A DNA stretch of 63,557 nucleotides, counting the filler, from Octopus bimaculoides (Eukaryota): NCBI RefSeq assembly GCF_001194135.2. It is 5 parts of 5 records of this genome, joined end to end, with 100 filler letters (N's around TTAATTAATTAA, not from the genome) between each part and the next. Parts side by side here need not be neighbours in the genome. Positions count along the whole stretch, not along the records: positions 1 to 10,598 come from NC_068987.1; positions 10,699 to 23,080 come from NC_068981.1; 3 more parts are not named here. The stretch is one strand, 5' to 3'. How positions within the stretch are numbered: the stretch's first letter is position 1; every line of letters begins with the position of its first letter. Below are positions 1-10,811 of this stretch, one piece after another. The position numbers were made by a program, and so were the translations under genes. The notes beneath the pieces are model-generated. The model did not search any database and had not been told where the DNA came from. It was given only the letters and a program-made list of their open reading frames with translations.

Positions 1-345
1 TATATATATATATATATATATTCATGCATACATATATACATACATACACACACACGCATATACATCCATACATACATATATATTATATTAAATGCATGTG
101 TGTACTAATGCATTTGTCAGTCAGATGTCTGTATCTTTGTCACTATCTTCGTTGACAAACATAGACCTACTCTTCTGTCTGTTTATCGACATTTCTGTCA
201 GACCCTTGGTATTATTGTTCAGCTTATTTATCTAAGTATTTATCTTTTTTATGCAATAAGCATATATACATAAATATATACATACACACCATGTATGTAT
301 GTATGTATGTATGTATGTATGTATGTATGTATGTATGTATGTATG

Positions 346-376
<31 letters not shown>

Positions 377-501
377 CTACAGCTGGGACAACGTAGTGAA
401 GTAACCAATATCGATGAGGATGATCAATATATGATGAATGGTTTGATGTAATTAGCAGCCAGACACACCTTGAATATTATGCTGTACTAAGGGGCTACCA
501 C

Positions 502-554
502 TAACACCACCACCACCACCACCACCACCACCGCCATCGCAACCATTGAGTCAC

Positions 555-609
<55 letters not shown>

Positions 610-660
610 GTCGTCGTCGTCGTCATCATCATCATCACATCCATCATCGCACCACTACCA
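502..660. repeat. Compound trinucleotide microsatellite (ACC)n-(ATC)n-(GTC)n-(ATC)n
   Basis: Directly visible. It explains the poly-His/poly-Met/poly-Trp ORFs in the track. Confidence 0.95.
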
Positions 661-1031
661 GACACACATTCATTCCAACTCATACACTTTATGTATCATG
701 TTCAGTTGAGTTACCACATCACACAAGCGTCTAACGGATATGAATGTCTTACATTAACGAACCAATTTTTCGGTAGTGGTGTCCACCAGAATGTTCTTGT
801 GTGACTATCGCTGAAAGAAGGAATTGGTTTACTGTGTGTTTTGCACCTTTAAACTTCACAGAAGGAAAAAAAAAAGTGAGAAAGATAGAGTGAGAGGGTC
901 AGAGAGAGAGAGAGAGAGAGAAGAGAGACAGAGAGCCAGTGAAGGAGTCATGGCGTTAGGACAGCAACTGTAAACATGCGTATCTCCCACATACATACAC
1001 GTACCACGAGGACACGCTAATATACCCATAC

Positions 1032-1074
<43 letters not shown>

Positions 1075-1162
1075 CACATGTATGTATGCATATATATGTA
1101 TTTATGTATGTATATAAATGCATACACAGCGGCTTCTGGTAAGTAGTTTCTGTATTTCTTAT

Positions 1163-1359
1163 TACTCTTTTACTTGTTTCAGTCATTTTACTGCGGCCAT
1201 GCTGGAGCACCACCTTTAGTCGAGCAAATCGACCCCAGGACTTATTCTTTGGAAGCCTAGTACTCATTCTATCGTCTCTTTTGCCGAACCGCTAAGTTAC
1301 GGGGACATAAACACACCACCATCGGTTGTCAAGCGATGCTGGGGGAAAATACAGACACA

Positions 1360-1444
<85 letters not shown>

Positions 1445-1633
1445 ACATATATATATATATACATATATACGACGGGCTTCTTTCAGTTTCCGTCTACCAA
1501 ATCCACTCACAAGGCTTTGGTCGGCCCGAGCCTATAGTAGAAGACACTTGCCCAAGGTGCCACGCAGTGGGACTGAATCCGGCACCATGTGGTTGGTAGG
1601 CAAGCTACTTACCACACAGCCACTCCTACGCCT
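1163..1633 (-). mobile_element. SINE family A, near full length (tRNA-like head, central CA/TA microsatellite, GTAAAAGA-type tail)
   Basis: Minus strand starts GGCGTAGGAGTGGCTGTGTGGTAAGTAG (A-box-like) with a degenerate B-box-like GGATTCAGTCCC. The same sequence recurs at 6.1, 25.7, 31.2, 40.3, 45.1, 48.2 and 51.5 kb. Confidence 0.92.
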
Positions 1634-1788
1634 TATTGAAGTTTTATGCACATCATCACCAGCACCACCACTACCACCACCACTACCACCACCATCATCC
1701 TCTTTGTGCTCAAAGGAATTCTTGACGTGGCTGTCCCATTTCTTTTGTTTTGTTTTTGTTTTTGCTATATTTTGGTTTTTATTCTCAG

Positions 1789-1830
1789 GGTTACACTGGC
1801 TATTGGATCTTTTGTTTCCTTTCCATGAAG
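1789..1830 (+). CDS. Candidate 42-nt internal exon of an unidentified host gene
   Basis: Long pyrimidine-rich tract ending TTTTTATTCTCAG, a 42-nt body and an AAG|GTAAGG donor. Two frames are open (GYTGYWIFCFLSMK or LHWLLDLLFPFHE). No homology recognised. Confidence 0.4.
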
Positions 1831-2094
1831 GTAAGGTGTATTTTAAGGAACTTCGGCACGGCCCAGCGACGAAGTAAAATCCACCTGGTTTGTTTGTGGT
1901 TGCGTTGTTTTGTAGATATGTTCTTAAAAGCAGTTGTAGCAACAGGTTCAGAAAAACAAATGCTTTGTAATATTTTAACTACACTCCTTTTTTTTATTAC
2001 ATACACATTCTGAACCCAAATCTCCTTGAGGTCGAATGTGCCTTCCTTTCTCCCGGGACCCAATAAAATAAGTGCCACTTATATCTTTTAGGTT

Positions 2095-2300
2095 TTACTT
2101 GTTTTTGATTTTCGACTACGGCCTTACTGTGGCAACGACTTGAGTATTGTCGAACAAATCGACCCTAGTACTTAAGTTTTTGAAACTTGGTATTTATTCT
2201 ATCGGTTTCTTTTGCTGAACCGCTATGTTACAGGAATGTAAAACGAACCAACACCGATTATTTAACTGTCGTGGGATACGAACACATGCCCAAAGACACA
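2095..2300 (-). mobile_element. Diverged SINE A 3' fragment
   Basis: GTCGAACAAATCGACCC...TTCTATCGG...GAACCGCTATGTTAC resembles the family A tail region. Confidence 0.7.
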
Positions 2301-2394
2301 TACACACAAACGCATACGCATACATATGTGCACACGCAGACACTTATATACACACACGCGCGCGTACACACACAAACATACACATATGTATATA

Positions 2395-2438
<44 letters not shown>

Positions 2439-3304
2439 NNNNNNNNNNNNNNNNNNNNNNNNNNNNNNNNNNNNNNNNNNNNNNNNNNNNNNNNNNNNNN
2501 NNNNNNNNNNNNNNNNNNNNNNNNNNNNNNNNNNNNNNNNNNNNNNNNNNNNNNNNNNNNNNNNNNNNNNNNNNNNNNNNNNNNNNNNNNNNNNNNNNNN
2601 NNNNNNNNNNNNNNNNNNNNNNNNNNNNNNNNNNNNNNNNNNNNNNNNNNNNNNNNNNNNNNNNNNNNNNNNNNNNNNNNNNNNNNNNNNNNNNNNNNNN
2701 NNNNNNNNNNNNNNNNNNNNNNNNNNNNNNNNNNNNNNNNNNNNNNNNNNNNNNNNNNNNNNNNNNNNNNNNNNNNNNNNNNNNNNNNNNNNNNNNNNNN
2801 NNNNNNNNNNNNNNNNNNNNNNNNNNNNNNNNNNNNNNNNNNNNNNNNNNNNNNNNNNNNNNNNNNNNNNNNNNNNNNNNNNNNNNNNNNNNNNNNNNNN
2901 NNNNNNNNNNNNNNNNNNNNNNNNNNNNNNNNNNNNNNNNNNNNNNNNNNNNNNNNNNNNNNNNNNNNNNNNNNNNNNNNNNNNNNNNNNNNNNNNNNNN
3001 NNNNNNNNNNNNNNNNNNNNNNNNNNNNNNNNNNNNNNNNNNNNNNNNNNNNNNNNNNNNNNNNNNNNNNNNNNNNNNNNNNNNNNNNNNNNNNNNNNNN
3101 NNNTATATATATATAATTAATAATATCAAAGGGTAATCTGAAATATTAGAAAATTTCCATTACCAGTGACCTAGCGTGTAAAAATTTAGCCAATAGACTA
3201 TATATTATTTATATAAATACTGTGTACATTTAAACACATAAGAGGCATCCATCATAGGACTAAAATTTCCCTTCAAAATGTTATCCCCTAATAGTGGTTT
3301 GGAA

Positions 3305-3368
3305 TTTAACTGTCTCTCGTTCCCGTTCATCGGACCCGATGAACGGGAACGTGAAACTCAGAGTTAAA
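3305..3368. ncRNA. Head-to-head pair of hammerhead-like cores forming a fold-back (PLE-terminus-like)
   Basis: Perfect 16-bp arms CGTTCCCGTTCATCGG-ac-CCGATGAACGGGAACG (3318-3351). The plus strand reads CCGATGA-ACG GGAA CGT-GAAAC T CAG A GT T. Stem I is not properly formed. Confidence 0.45.
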
Positions 3369-3846
3369 GTCTTTTGTTATATTTCTGCTGCTTTTAAATA
3401 AAGTATATATATATATATGTATATATATATACTCCGGAAATGATTTTAAGGATAAGGGAAACAATCTCACTAGGTTAAGCATAGTAAGCACATTTTATAC
3501 ATTACATCTTGTTACATCTTGTTGATGTGATGGCGATGATGATGATGATGATGATGACGAGGAGGAGGAGGAGGAGGATGCCGACGACGACGACGATGGT
3601 GATAATCCTTCAAATCTTTCTGTACTCTCGTTTACAAATATATGTTCTCGTCTCAATGTCAGAAATGAAAATGAACTACTTTGACATTATTTGTTTATAC
3701 CTCAGTTTTGTAATTCAACTTCCACCCTACTCAATTATAAACTACCAATATTACAAACTGTCGATTCAGTGTACTATGCTTATCCTCATCATTTTGTTGT
3801 AGTGGTATTATCGCTATTAATAGTAGTAGTAGTAGTAGTAGTAAAA

Positions 3847-4075
3847 GCACGTGGCCTCGTGTCTCAAGATTGCGGTTTCGATTCCCGGAACGGGTTGTAG
3901 CGTTGTTGTTCTTGGGCAAAGCAACTTCACGTTGCTCTGCGATTACTTCCACACTTCTGACACGTAGCACACCCGGCACCTCTACAGGCAATTTCGGTCT
4001 GATGTAGGAAGTGAACTCATGTACAGTACAAACGTTGGATCACTATAAACAAATAATCTGTACGGGCCGTTCAGC
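3847..4075 (+). mobile_element. Degenerate tRNA-headed SINE fragment
   Basis: B-box-like GGTTTCGATTCCC followed by TTGGGCAAAGCAACTT, as in the other SINE heads here. Confidence 0.55.
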
Positions 4076-4471
4076 ATGAAATTGTGACAGCCTCAACTCA
4101 ACTGTCGTTTATGAAAGGAAAATCCAGAAAAATAGTGGTAGTAGCAGTTCACGACGAAACCACTGTAACGGAGTTAACAAACTACCAACCAAAAGTGAAT
4201 GTCAAAGATGTATAAATGAATGAATTTATATAGTCTGTAACTACACACATACACACACAAACACCCTATCGAACACACATACACACATACACCTGCCCAC
4301 CCACACATTTACAATGACGCACAAACAAAAGAAAATAGTCACACATTTGTGTATCATATTTCAATGTCGCTATTGACCCTTCGTCTCCTTCAACATTAAA
4401 TCAAGTATACAGACATGCGCACACATACATACGTATGTATATGTGGGCGTGCATGCATACATACACACCCG

Positions 4472-4502
<31 letters not shown>

Positions 4503-4536
4503 GCGTCATCATCTATCTATCTATCTATCTATCTCA

Positions 4537-4846
4537 CCAGTAGAGTGATCAAACTCAGCCAAACATGGGCTGAGAGAAAGTTATCTCTAAAAGGCCGGGC
4601 GGAGGTGGCTAATGTGTATATCGCATCAGTCATCGATTACCGCCTGACCGTCGTGCCTTGTCCCGATGCCACCATCACGAAACTAGAACGCATACTTTTC
4701 CGCTTTCTGTGGAAGGGTGGCGTTCCGATGGTGAGGCGATCCATTTGCTGTCAACAACCGTTACGTGGAGGACTGGGGATGCCGTGGTTAATGATGCGCA
4801 GACATGCGCTGAGACTGCGGCATCTCTGGAACTTCATTGACGACGG
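4537..4846 (+). mobile_element. L1/Tx1-clade LINE ORF2 fragment (C-terminal to the RT core), cut by an assembly gap
   Basis: WAERKLSLKGRAEVANVYIASV...LERILFRFLWKGGVPMVRRSICC...RGGLGMP matches the W..R.LS..GR / F.FLW / GGLG.P pattern of L1/Tx1 ORF2. Confidence 0.85.
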
Positions 4847-5838
4847 NNNNNNNNNNNNNNNNNNNNNNNNNNNNNNNNNNNNNNNNNNNNNNNNNNNNNN
4901 NNNNNNNNNNNNNNNNNNNNNNNNNNNNNNNNNNNNNNNNNNNNNNNNNNNNNNNNNNNNNNNNNNNNNNNNNNNNNNNNNNNNNNNNNNNNNNNNNNNN
5001 NNNNNNNNNNNNNNNNNNNNNNNNNNNNNNNNNNNNNNNNNNNNNNNNNNNNNNNNNNNNNNNNNNNNNNNNNNNNNNNNNNNNNNNNNNNNNNNNNNNN
5101 NNNNNNNNNNNNNNNNNNNNNNNNNNNNNNNNNNNNNNNNNNNNNNNNNNNNNNNNNNNNNNNNNNNNNNNNNNNNNNNNNNNNNNNNNNNNNNNNNNNN
5201 NNNNNNNNNNNNNNNNNNNNNNNNNNNNNNNNNNNNNNNNNNNNNNNNNNNNNNNNNNNNNNNNNNNNNNNNNNNNNNNNNNNNNNNNNNNNNNNNNNNN
5301 NNNNNNNNNNNNNNNNNNNNNNNNNNNNNNNNNNNNNNNNNNNNNNNNNNNNNNNNNNNNNNNNNNNNNNNNNNNNNNNNNNNNNNNNNNNNNNNNNNNN
5401 NNNNNNNNNNNNNNNNNNNNNNNNNNNNNNNNNNNNNNNNNNNNNNNNNNNNNNNNNNNNNNNNNNNNNNNNNNNNNNNNNNNNNNNNNNNNNNNNNNNN
5501 NNNNNNNNNNNNNNNNNNNNNNNNNNNNNNNNNNNNNNNNNNNNNNNNNNNNNNNNNNNNNNNNNNNNNNNNNNNNNNNNNNNNNNNNNNNNNNNNNNNN
5601 NNNNNNNNNNNNNNNNNNNNNNNNNNNNNNNNNNNNNNNNNNNNNNNNNNNNNNNNNNNNNNNNNNNNNNNNNNNNNNNNNNNNNNNNNNNNNNNNNNNN
5701 NNNNNNNNNNNNNNNNNNNNNNNNNNNNNNNNNNNNNNNNNNNNNNNNNNNNNNNNNNNNNNNNNNNNNNNNNNNNNNNNNNNNNNNNNTAATTTGTCCA
5801 TTTTCTGTATTTAGCCCTGTGTGGCTATAATAAAAAAA

Positions 5839-5878
<40 letters not shown>

Positions 5879-6099
5879 GGTCTGTCTATCTATCTATCTA
5901 TCTATCTATCTATTAAATACCTTAAAGTTATTTTTTTCTGTTTATATTAGTTTTATATGTTTCACTTCTTCTAATCTACCTTTCATAATTTTATTCTACT
6001 TGCCACTACATTCGTATATTTGAGTGTTATGCTGTAAACAACCCTAATTATGAACGAAATCAAAGATATAACTTAACATTTTAAAACAATGAAATAATT

Positions 6100-6260
6100 A
6101 GGCGCAGTAGCTGACTGTGTGGTAAGTAGCTTGCTTGCTTACCAACTACATAGTTCCGGGTTCAGTCCCACTGCGTGGCACCTTGGGCAAGTGTCTTCTA
6201 CTATAGCCTCGGGCCGACCAAATCCTTGTGAGCGGATTTGGTAGACAGAAATTAAATGAA
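6100..6260 (+). mobile_element. SINE A 5' half
   Basis: GGCGCAGTAGCTGACTGTGTGGTAAG...GGTTCAGTCCCACTGCGTGGCACC; runs into a gap. Confidence 0.9.
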
Positions 6261-7202
6261 TACATATATATATATATATATATATATANNNNNNNNNNNN
6301 NNNNNNNNNNNNNNNNNNNNNNNNNNNNNNNNNNNNNNNNNNNNNNNNNNNNNNNNNNNNNNNNNNNNNNNNNNNNNNNNNNNNNNNNNNNNNNNNNNNN
6401 NNNNNNNNNNNNNNNNNNNNNNNNNNNNNNNNNNNNNNNNNNNNNNNNNNNNNNNNNNNNNNNNNNNNNNNNNNNNNNNNNNNNNNNNNNNNNNNNNNNN
6501 NNNNNNNNNNNNNNNNNNNNNNNNNNNNNNNNNNNNNNNNNNNNNNNNNNNNNNNNNNNNNNNNNNNNNNNNNNNNNNNNNNNNNNNNNNNNNNNNNNNN
6601 NNNNNNNNNNNNNNNNNNNNNNNNNNNNNNNNNNNNNNNNNNNNNNNNNNNNNNNNNNNNNNNNNNNNNNNNNNNNNNNNNNNNNNNNNNNNNNNNNNNN
6701 NNNNNNNNNNNNNNNNNNNNNNNNNNNNNNNNNNNNNNNNNNNNNNNNNNNNNNNNNNNNNNNNNNNNNNNNNNNNNNNNNNNNNNNNNNNNNNNNNNNN
6801 NNNNNNNNNNNNNNNNNNNNNNNNNNNNNNNNNNNNNNNNNNNNNNNNNNNNNNNNNNNNNNNNNNNNNNNNNNNNNNNNNNNNNNNNNNNNNNNNNNNN
6901 NNNNNNNNNNNNNNNNNNNNNNNNNNNNNNNNNNNNNNNNNNNNNNNNNNNNNNNNNNNNNNNNNNNNNNNNNNNNNNNNNNNNNNNNNNNNNNNNNNNN
7001 NNNNNNNNNNNNNNNNNNNNNNNNNNNNNNNNNNNNNNNNNNNNNNNNNNNNNNNNNNNNNNNNNNNNNNNNNNNNNNNNNNNNNNNNNNNNNNNNNNNN
7101 NNNNNNNNNNNNNNNNNNNNNNNNNNNNNNNNNNNNNNNNNNNNNNNNNNNNNNNNNNNNNNNNNNNNNNNNNNNNNNNNNNNNNNNNNNNNNNNNNNNN
7201 NN

Positions 7203-7366
7203 GATTACATCGACCCCAGTGCGTAACTGGTAATTAATTTATCGACCCCGAAAGGATGAAAAGCAAAGTCGACCTCGGTGGAATTTGAACTCAGAACGTA
7301 ACGGCAGACGAAATACTGCGGAGCATTTCGCCCGGCGTGCTAACGTTTCTGCCAACTCACCACCTT
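7203..7366 (-). mobile_element. SINE family B 5' portion
   Basis: Reverse complement of the GGCAGAAACGTTAGCACGCCGGGCG...TTCTGAGTTCAAATTCC..CGAGGTCGACTTTG family sequence. Confidence 0.9.
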
Positions 7367-7393
7367 ACAATGTTTTATTATTAGCTGACTTTG

Positions 7394-7572
7394 AAGGCGG
7401 TGAGCTGACAGAATCATCTTCACACCGGAAAGCCGCTTAGTGGATTTAAGTTCTGAGTTCAAATTCCACCGAGGTCACTTTACTTTTCATCAATTTGAGA
7501 TTGATAAAATAAGTTGAACACTGAAGCTTATGTAACTGACTAACCCCCTGTCTCCAGATTTCAGGCTTTGTA
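7394..7572 (+). mobile_element. SINE B, diverged
   Basis: GGCGGTGAGCTGACAGAATC...TTCTGAGTTCAAATTCCACCGAGGTC. Confidence 0.8.
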
Positions 7573-7964
7573 TACTAGTTGAGAGATTTATTAGTAGATT
7601 CTCGGTTTTAGTCAGTAACAAAAACTAAAAGCTTATCAAACCAAGTGAAATATCACAAAAATAACAACCTACCATCATACATAAAGAGGAACATATTGGA
7701 TAATGTCGTAGTTGGGTTAACCACAGTTGAAGTTTTATTTTTGATAAATTTGGGCTCACCTAAAGAACAACCACAAGCTATTACATATCTACTTGTCTAA
7801 CCAACCTACCATCACAAGCCAATGAAGAAGCTTATGGAGTCTCGCAAAACACTAGAGGAAGATATGGAGATCACAGCTGGAACCAATTTTGTGATAAGTT
7901 CTTTGGATCATAGATAATCTGGGTCTACACAAAACAACTATTATTAGCACGTCAGACAAAATTT

Positions 7965-8133
7965 TAGCAGCATTTCGCCTGTCTTTACGTTCTGAGTTCA
8001 AATTCCAGTGAGGTCGACTTTGATTTTCATCTTTTCGGGATCGATAAATTAAGTACCAGTGAAATATTGGGCTCGATATAATCGGCTAGTCCTCTCCCCT
8101 CAAATTTCAGGCCTTGTGCTTTTAGTTGAAAAG

Positions 8134-8135
<2 letters not shown>
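7965..8135 (+). mobile_element. SINE B, 5'-truncated
   Basis: TTTACGTTCTGAGTTCAAATTCC...GATAAATTAAGTACCAG...GGCCTTGTGC tail. Confidence 0.85.
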
Positions 8136-8304
<169 letters not shown>

Positions 8305-8829
8305 NNNNNNNNNNNNNNNNNNNNNNNNNNNNNNNNNNNNNNNNNNNNNNNNNNNNNNNNNNNNNNNNNNNNNNNNNNNNNNNNNNNNNNNNNNNNNNNN
8401 NNNNNNNNNNNNNNNNNNNNNNNNNNNNNNNNNNNNNNNNNNNNNNNNNNNNNNNNNNNNNNNNNNNNNNNNNNNNNNNNNNNNNNNNNNNNNNNNNNNN
8501 NNNNNNNNNNNNNNNNNNNNNNNNNNNNNNNNNNNNNNNNNNNNNNNNNNNNNNNNNNNNNNNNNNNNNNNNNNNNNNNNNNNNNNNNNNNNNNNNNNNN
8601 NNNNNNNNNNNNNNNNNNNNNNNNNNNNNNNNNNNNNNNNNNNNNNNNNNNNNNNNNNNNNNNNNNNNNNNNNNNNNNNNNNNNNNNNNNNNNNNNNNNN
8701 NNNNNNNNNNNNNNNNNNNNNNNNNNNNNNNNNNNNNNNNNNNNNNNNNNNNNNNNNNNNNNNNNNNNNNNNNNNNNNNNNNNNNNNNNNNNNNNNNNNN
8801 NNNNNNNNNNNNNNNNNNNNNNNNNNNNN

Positions 8830-9270
8830 AAAATTTGAAATCAGTGTTAAATATTAGGTTATGGCAACGAGGTGGACACAGTTCTTAACGGCATGTTGTC
8901 CCTATTTACGCTCCGAGTTAAAATTCCGCCGAGGTCGACTTTGTCTTTCGTCCTTTCGGGGTCGGTAAAATAAGTAGCACTTGAGCACTGGGTTCGATGT
9001 AATTGACATACTTCTTCCCTGAACTTGCTGGCCTTGTGCCAAAATTTGAAATCAGTGTTAAATATTAGGTTATGGCAACGAGGTGGACACAGTTCTTAAC
9101 GGCATTTTGTCCCTATTTACGCTCCGAGTTAAAATTCCGCCGATGCCGACTTTGCCTTTCATCTTTCGGAGTCTGATAAAATAAATATCAGTAAAGTACT
9201 GGAGTTGATCTAATGGATTAGATCCTCCCCCAACCCCCACACAAAACTTCAGGCCTTATGCCAGTAGTAA
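8830..9270 (+). mobile_element. Tandem SINE B-derived units with a 211-bp period
   Basis: 8830-8932 and 9041-9143 are nearly identical; each is followed by a SINE B body. Confidence 0.8.
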
Positions 9271-10213
9271 GGAATATCAAAAACTAGGAGAAAGTAATGG
9301 AATAGGTACAGCGAGGGAGAAAATATTTGCGGTACTTAATTACAGGTCTTTTTGTTCTGAGTTCATTTCCTGCCTAGGCAAACTTCCTATTTCTTTCTTC
9401 GAAAGTCGAAAATAAAAAAAACCAGTCAAGCACTGGTATCGGCATTAGCGATTAGCTGCAACCATCAAAGTACTGATGTCTTACACCTGCAAAATTTTTT
9501 GGCTAACTGCCGGCGAGACACCATTCTTCCACAGACACAAACTGATTGCAAAGTGGAATGATGCGCCGCTACTTAGCGGTCCTATGATCGTCAATCCAAC
9601 AGCCTAACCACTAACATGCGCCTTATAATCGACTGAAGGAAGTATAGAATCGGCTATAGAGATTGCAGAATATCGAACGAATCACTCAGATATTTACTTA
9701 GATCCATTCGTGTTTGTTTTCAAATGTCTCTCGATGTCGTTAAAATACATCGATAAAACAGTGACCAGTTCGTTATTGAGAGCAACTCAATCATCTATAA
9801 ACTCTCCTGCTGTTATCAACATTGATTATAGCCCTAAGTCAGTCCTGATCGGGCAGACCATTGATCAAAAAAATTTCCGCCATGACCATCCCGTATTTCC
9901 CTTCGTTTAGAGAATACAAGCTTACACTATCTAACATATCCCTTCTGAAGATCTCGGTATGCGATTTGGATCATATTTTCTGCTCTTTCTAGCAGTTCGA
10001 ACGACCACTTAAAGGTTCTTTCATTGGCTTGAAATAAATTTCTGGAGCGTCGGATAAAACGTCTTACGGTATTATTAACGTCTTACTTGTCCTTACGTTC
10101 TTAGTTCAAGCCCCGTAGGAGTCGAGTCAATAAAATAATAATCAAGTACTGGAATCGATATATTTGAATATGACCAACATATCAATATTTTGAGAATGTG
10201 TATATATATAATA

Positions 10214-10304
10214 CTAGCAGAAATACCCGGCGTTGCCCAGGTTAAAGAGAATAATGAAATCTAAAAACGCCGTCTAGACTACGCATCATCTTTATATATA
10301 GAGA
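10214..10304 (-). mobile_element. 91-bp non-autonomous mini-Helitron
   Basis: Minus strand: A|TCTCTATATATAAAG...CCTGGGCAACGCCGGG-TATTTCTG-CTAG|T. This gives a 5' TC, a subterminal hairpin, a 3' CTAG and insertion into AT with no TSD. Confidence 0.8.
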
Positions 10305-10762
10305 TGTATATACACACACACACCCAAACACACGTATATATATATGTATATCAATATAAATATATGAAAGTCAATGAAGTTTCGTAAAAGAAGGTGATCA
10401 TGTACATACTTTCTTGCTGTTGTGATTATAACACCTCGTTGTAAACAATGTTCCTTGTTTTCCCTTGTGGAGCATATACAAATAGGTTTTTTTTGCTGCC
10501 CACTCTTGAGCAGCCAACATACAGTTGTCCATGTGAGAAGCAGGGCTCTTCCAAGAGAAGACCAGCTACAGACAGTGTTTGACCGTGAGATTTGTTTANN
10601 NNNNNNNNNNNNNNNNNNNNNNNNNNNNNNNNNNNNNNNNNNTTAATTAATTAANNNNNNNNNNNNNNNNNNNNNNNNNNNNNNNNNNNNNNNNNNNNTG
10701 CAAATATATAAAAACAAAAAGATAAAGAGAGCAAGGTTAGGTTGAAGAATTTTATGGATAGA

Positions 10763-10811
10763 GTCTTACAGCTGTTTCTGGGAAGATCCAGTACTTCCCT
10801 TCATCGGAGAC
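10763..10811 (-). ncRNA. Minimal type I hammerhead-ribozyme-like motif with CCGAUGA core
   Basis: GTCT-CCGATGA-A GGGAAG tactggat CTTCCC A-GAAAC AGCT GT-A-AGAC: 4-bp stem I, 6-bp stem II, palindromic ACAGCTGT stem III, GUA cleavage triplet. Confidence 0.7.

Noticed and set aside
383-451. Possible terminal exon LGQRSEVTNIDEDDQYMMNGLM*
   Set aside because: The acceptor is only a (GT)n tract plus CTACAG; no homology recognised; a chance ORF is likely.
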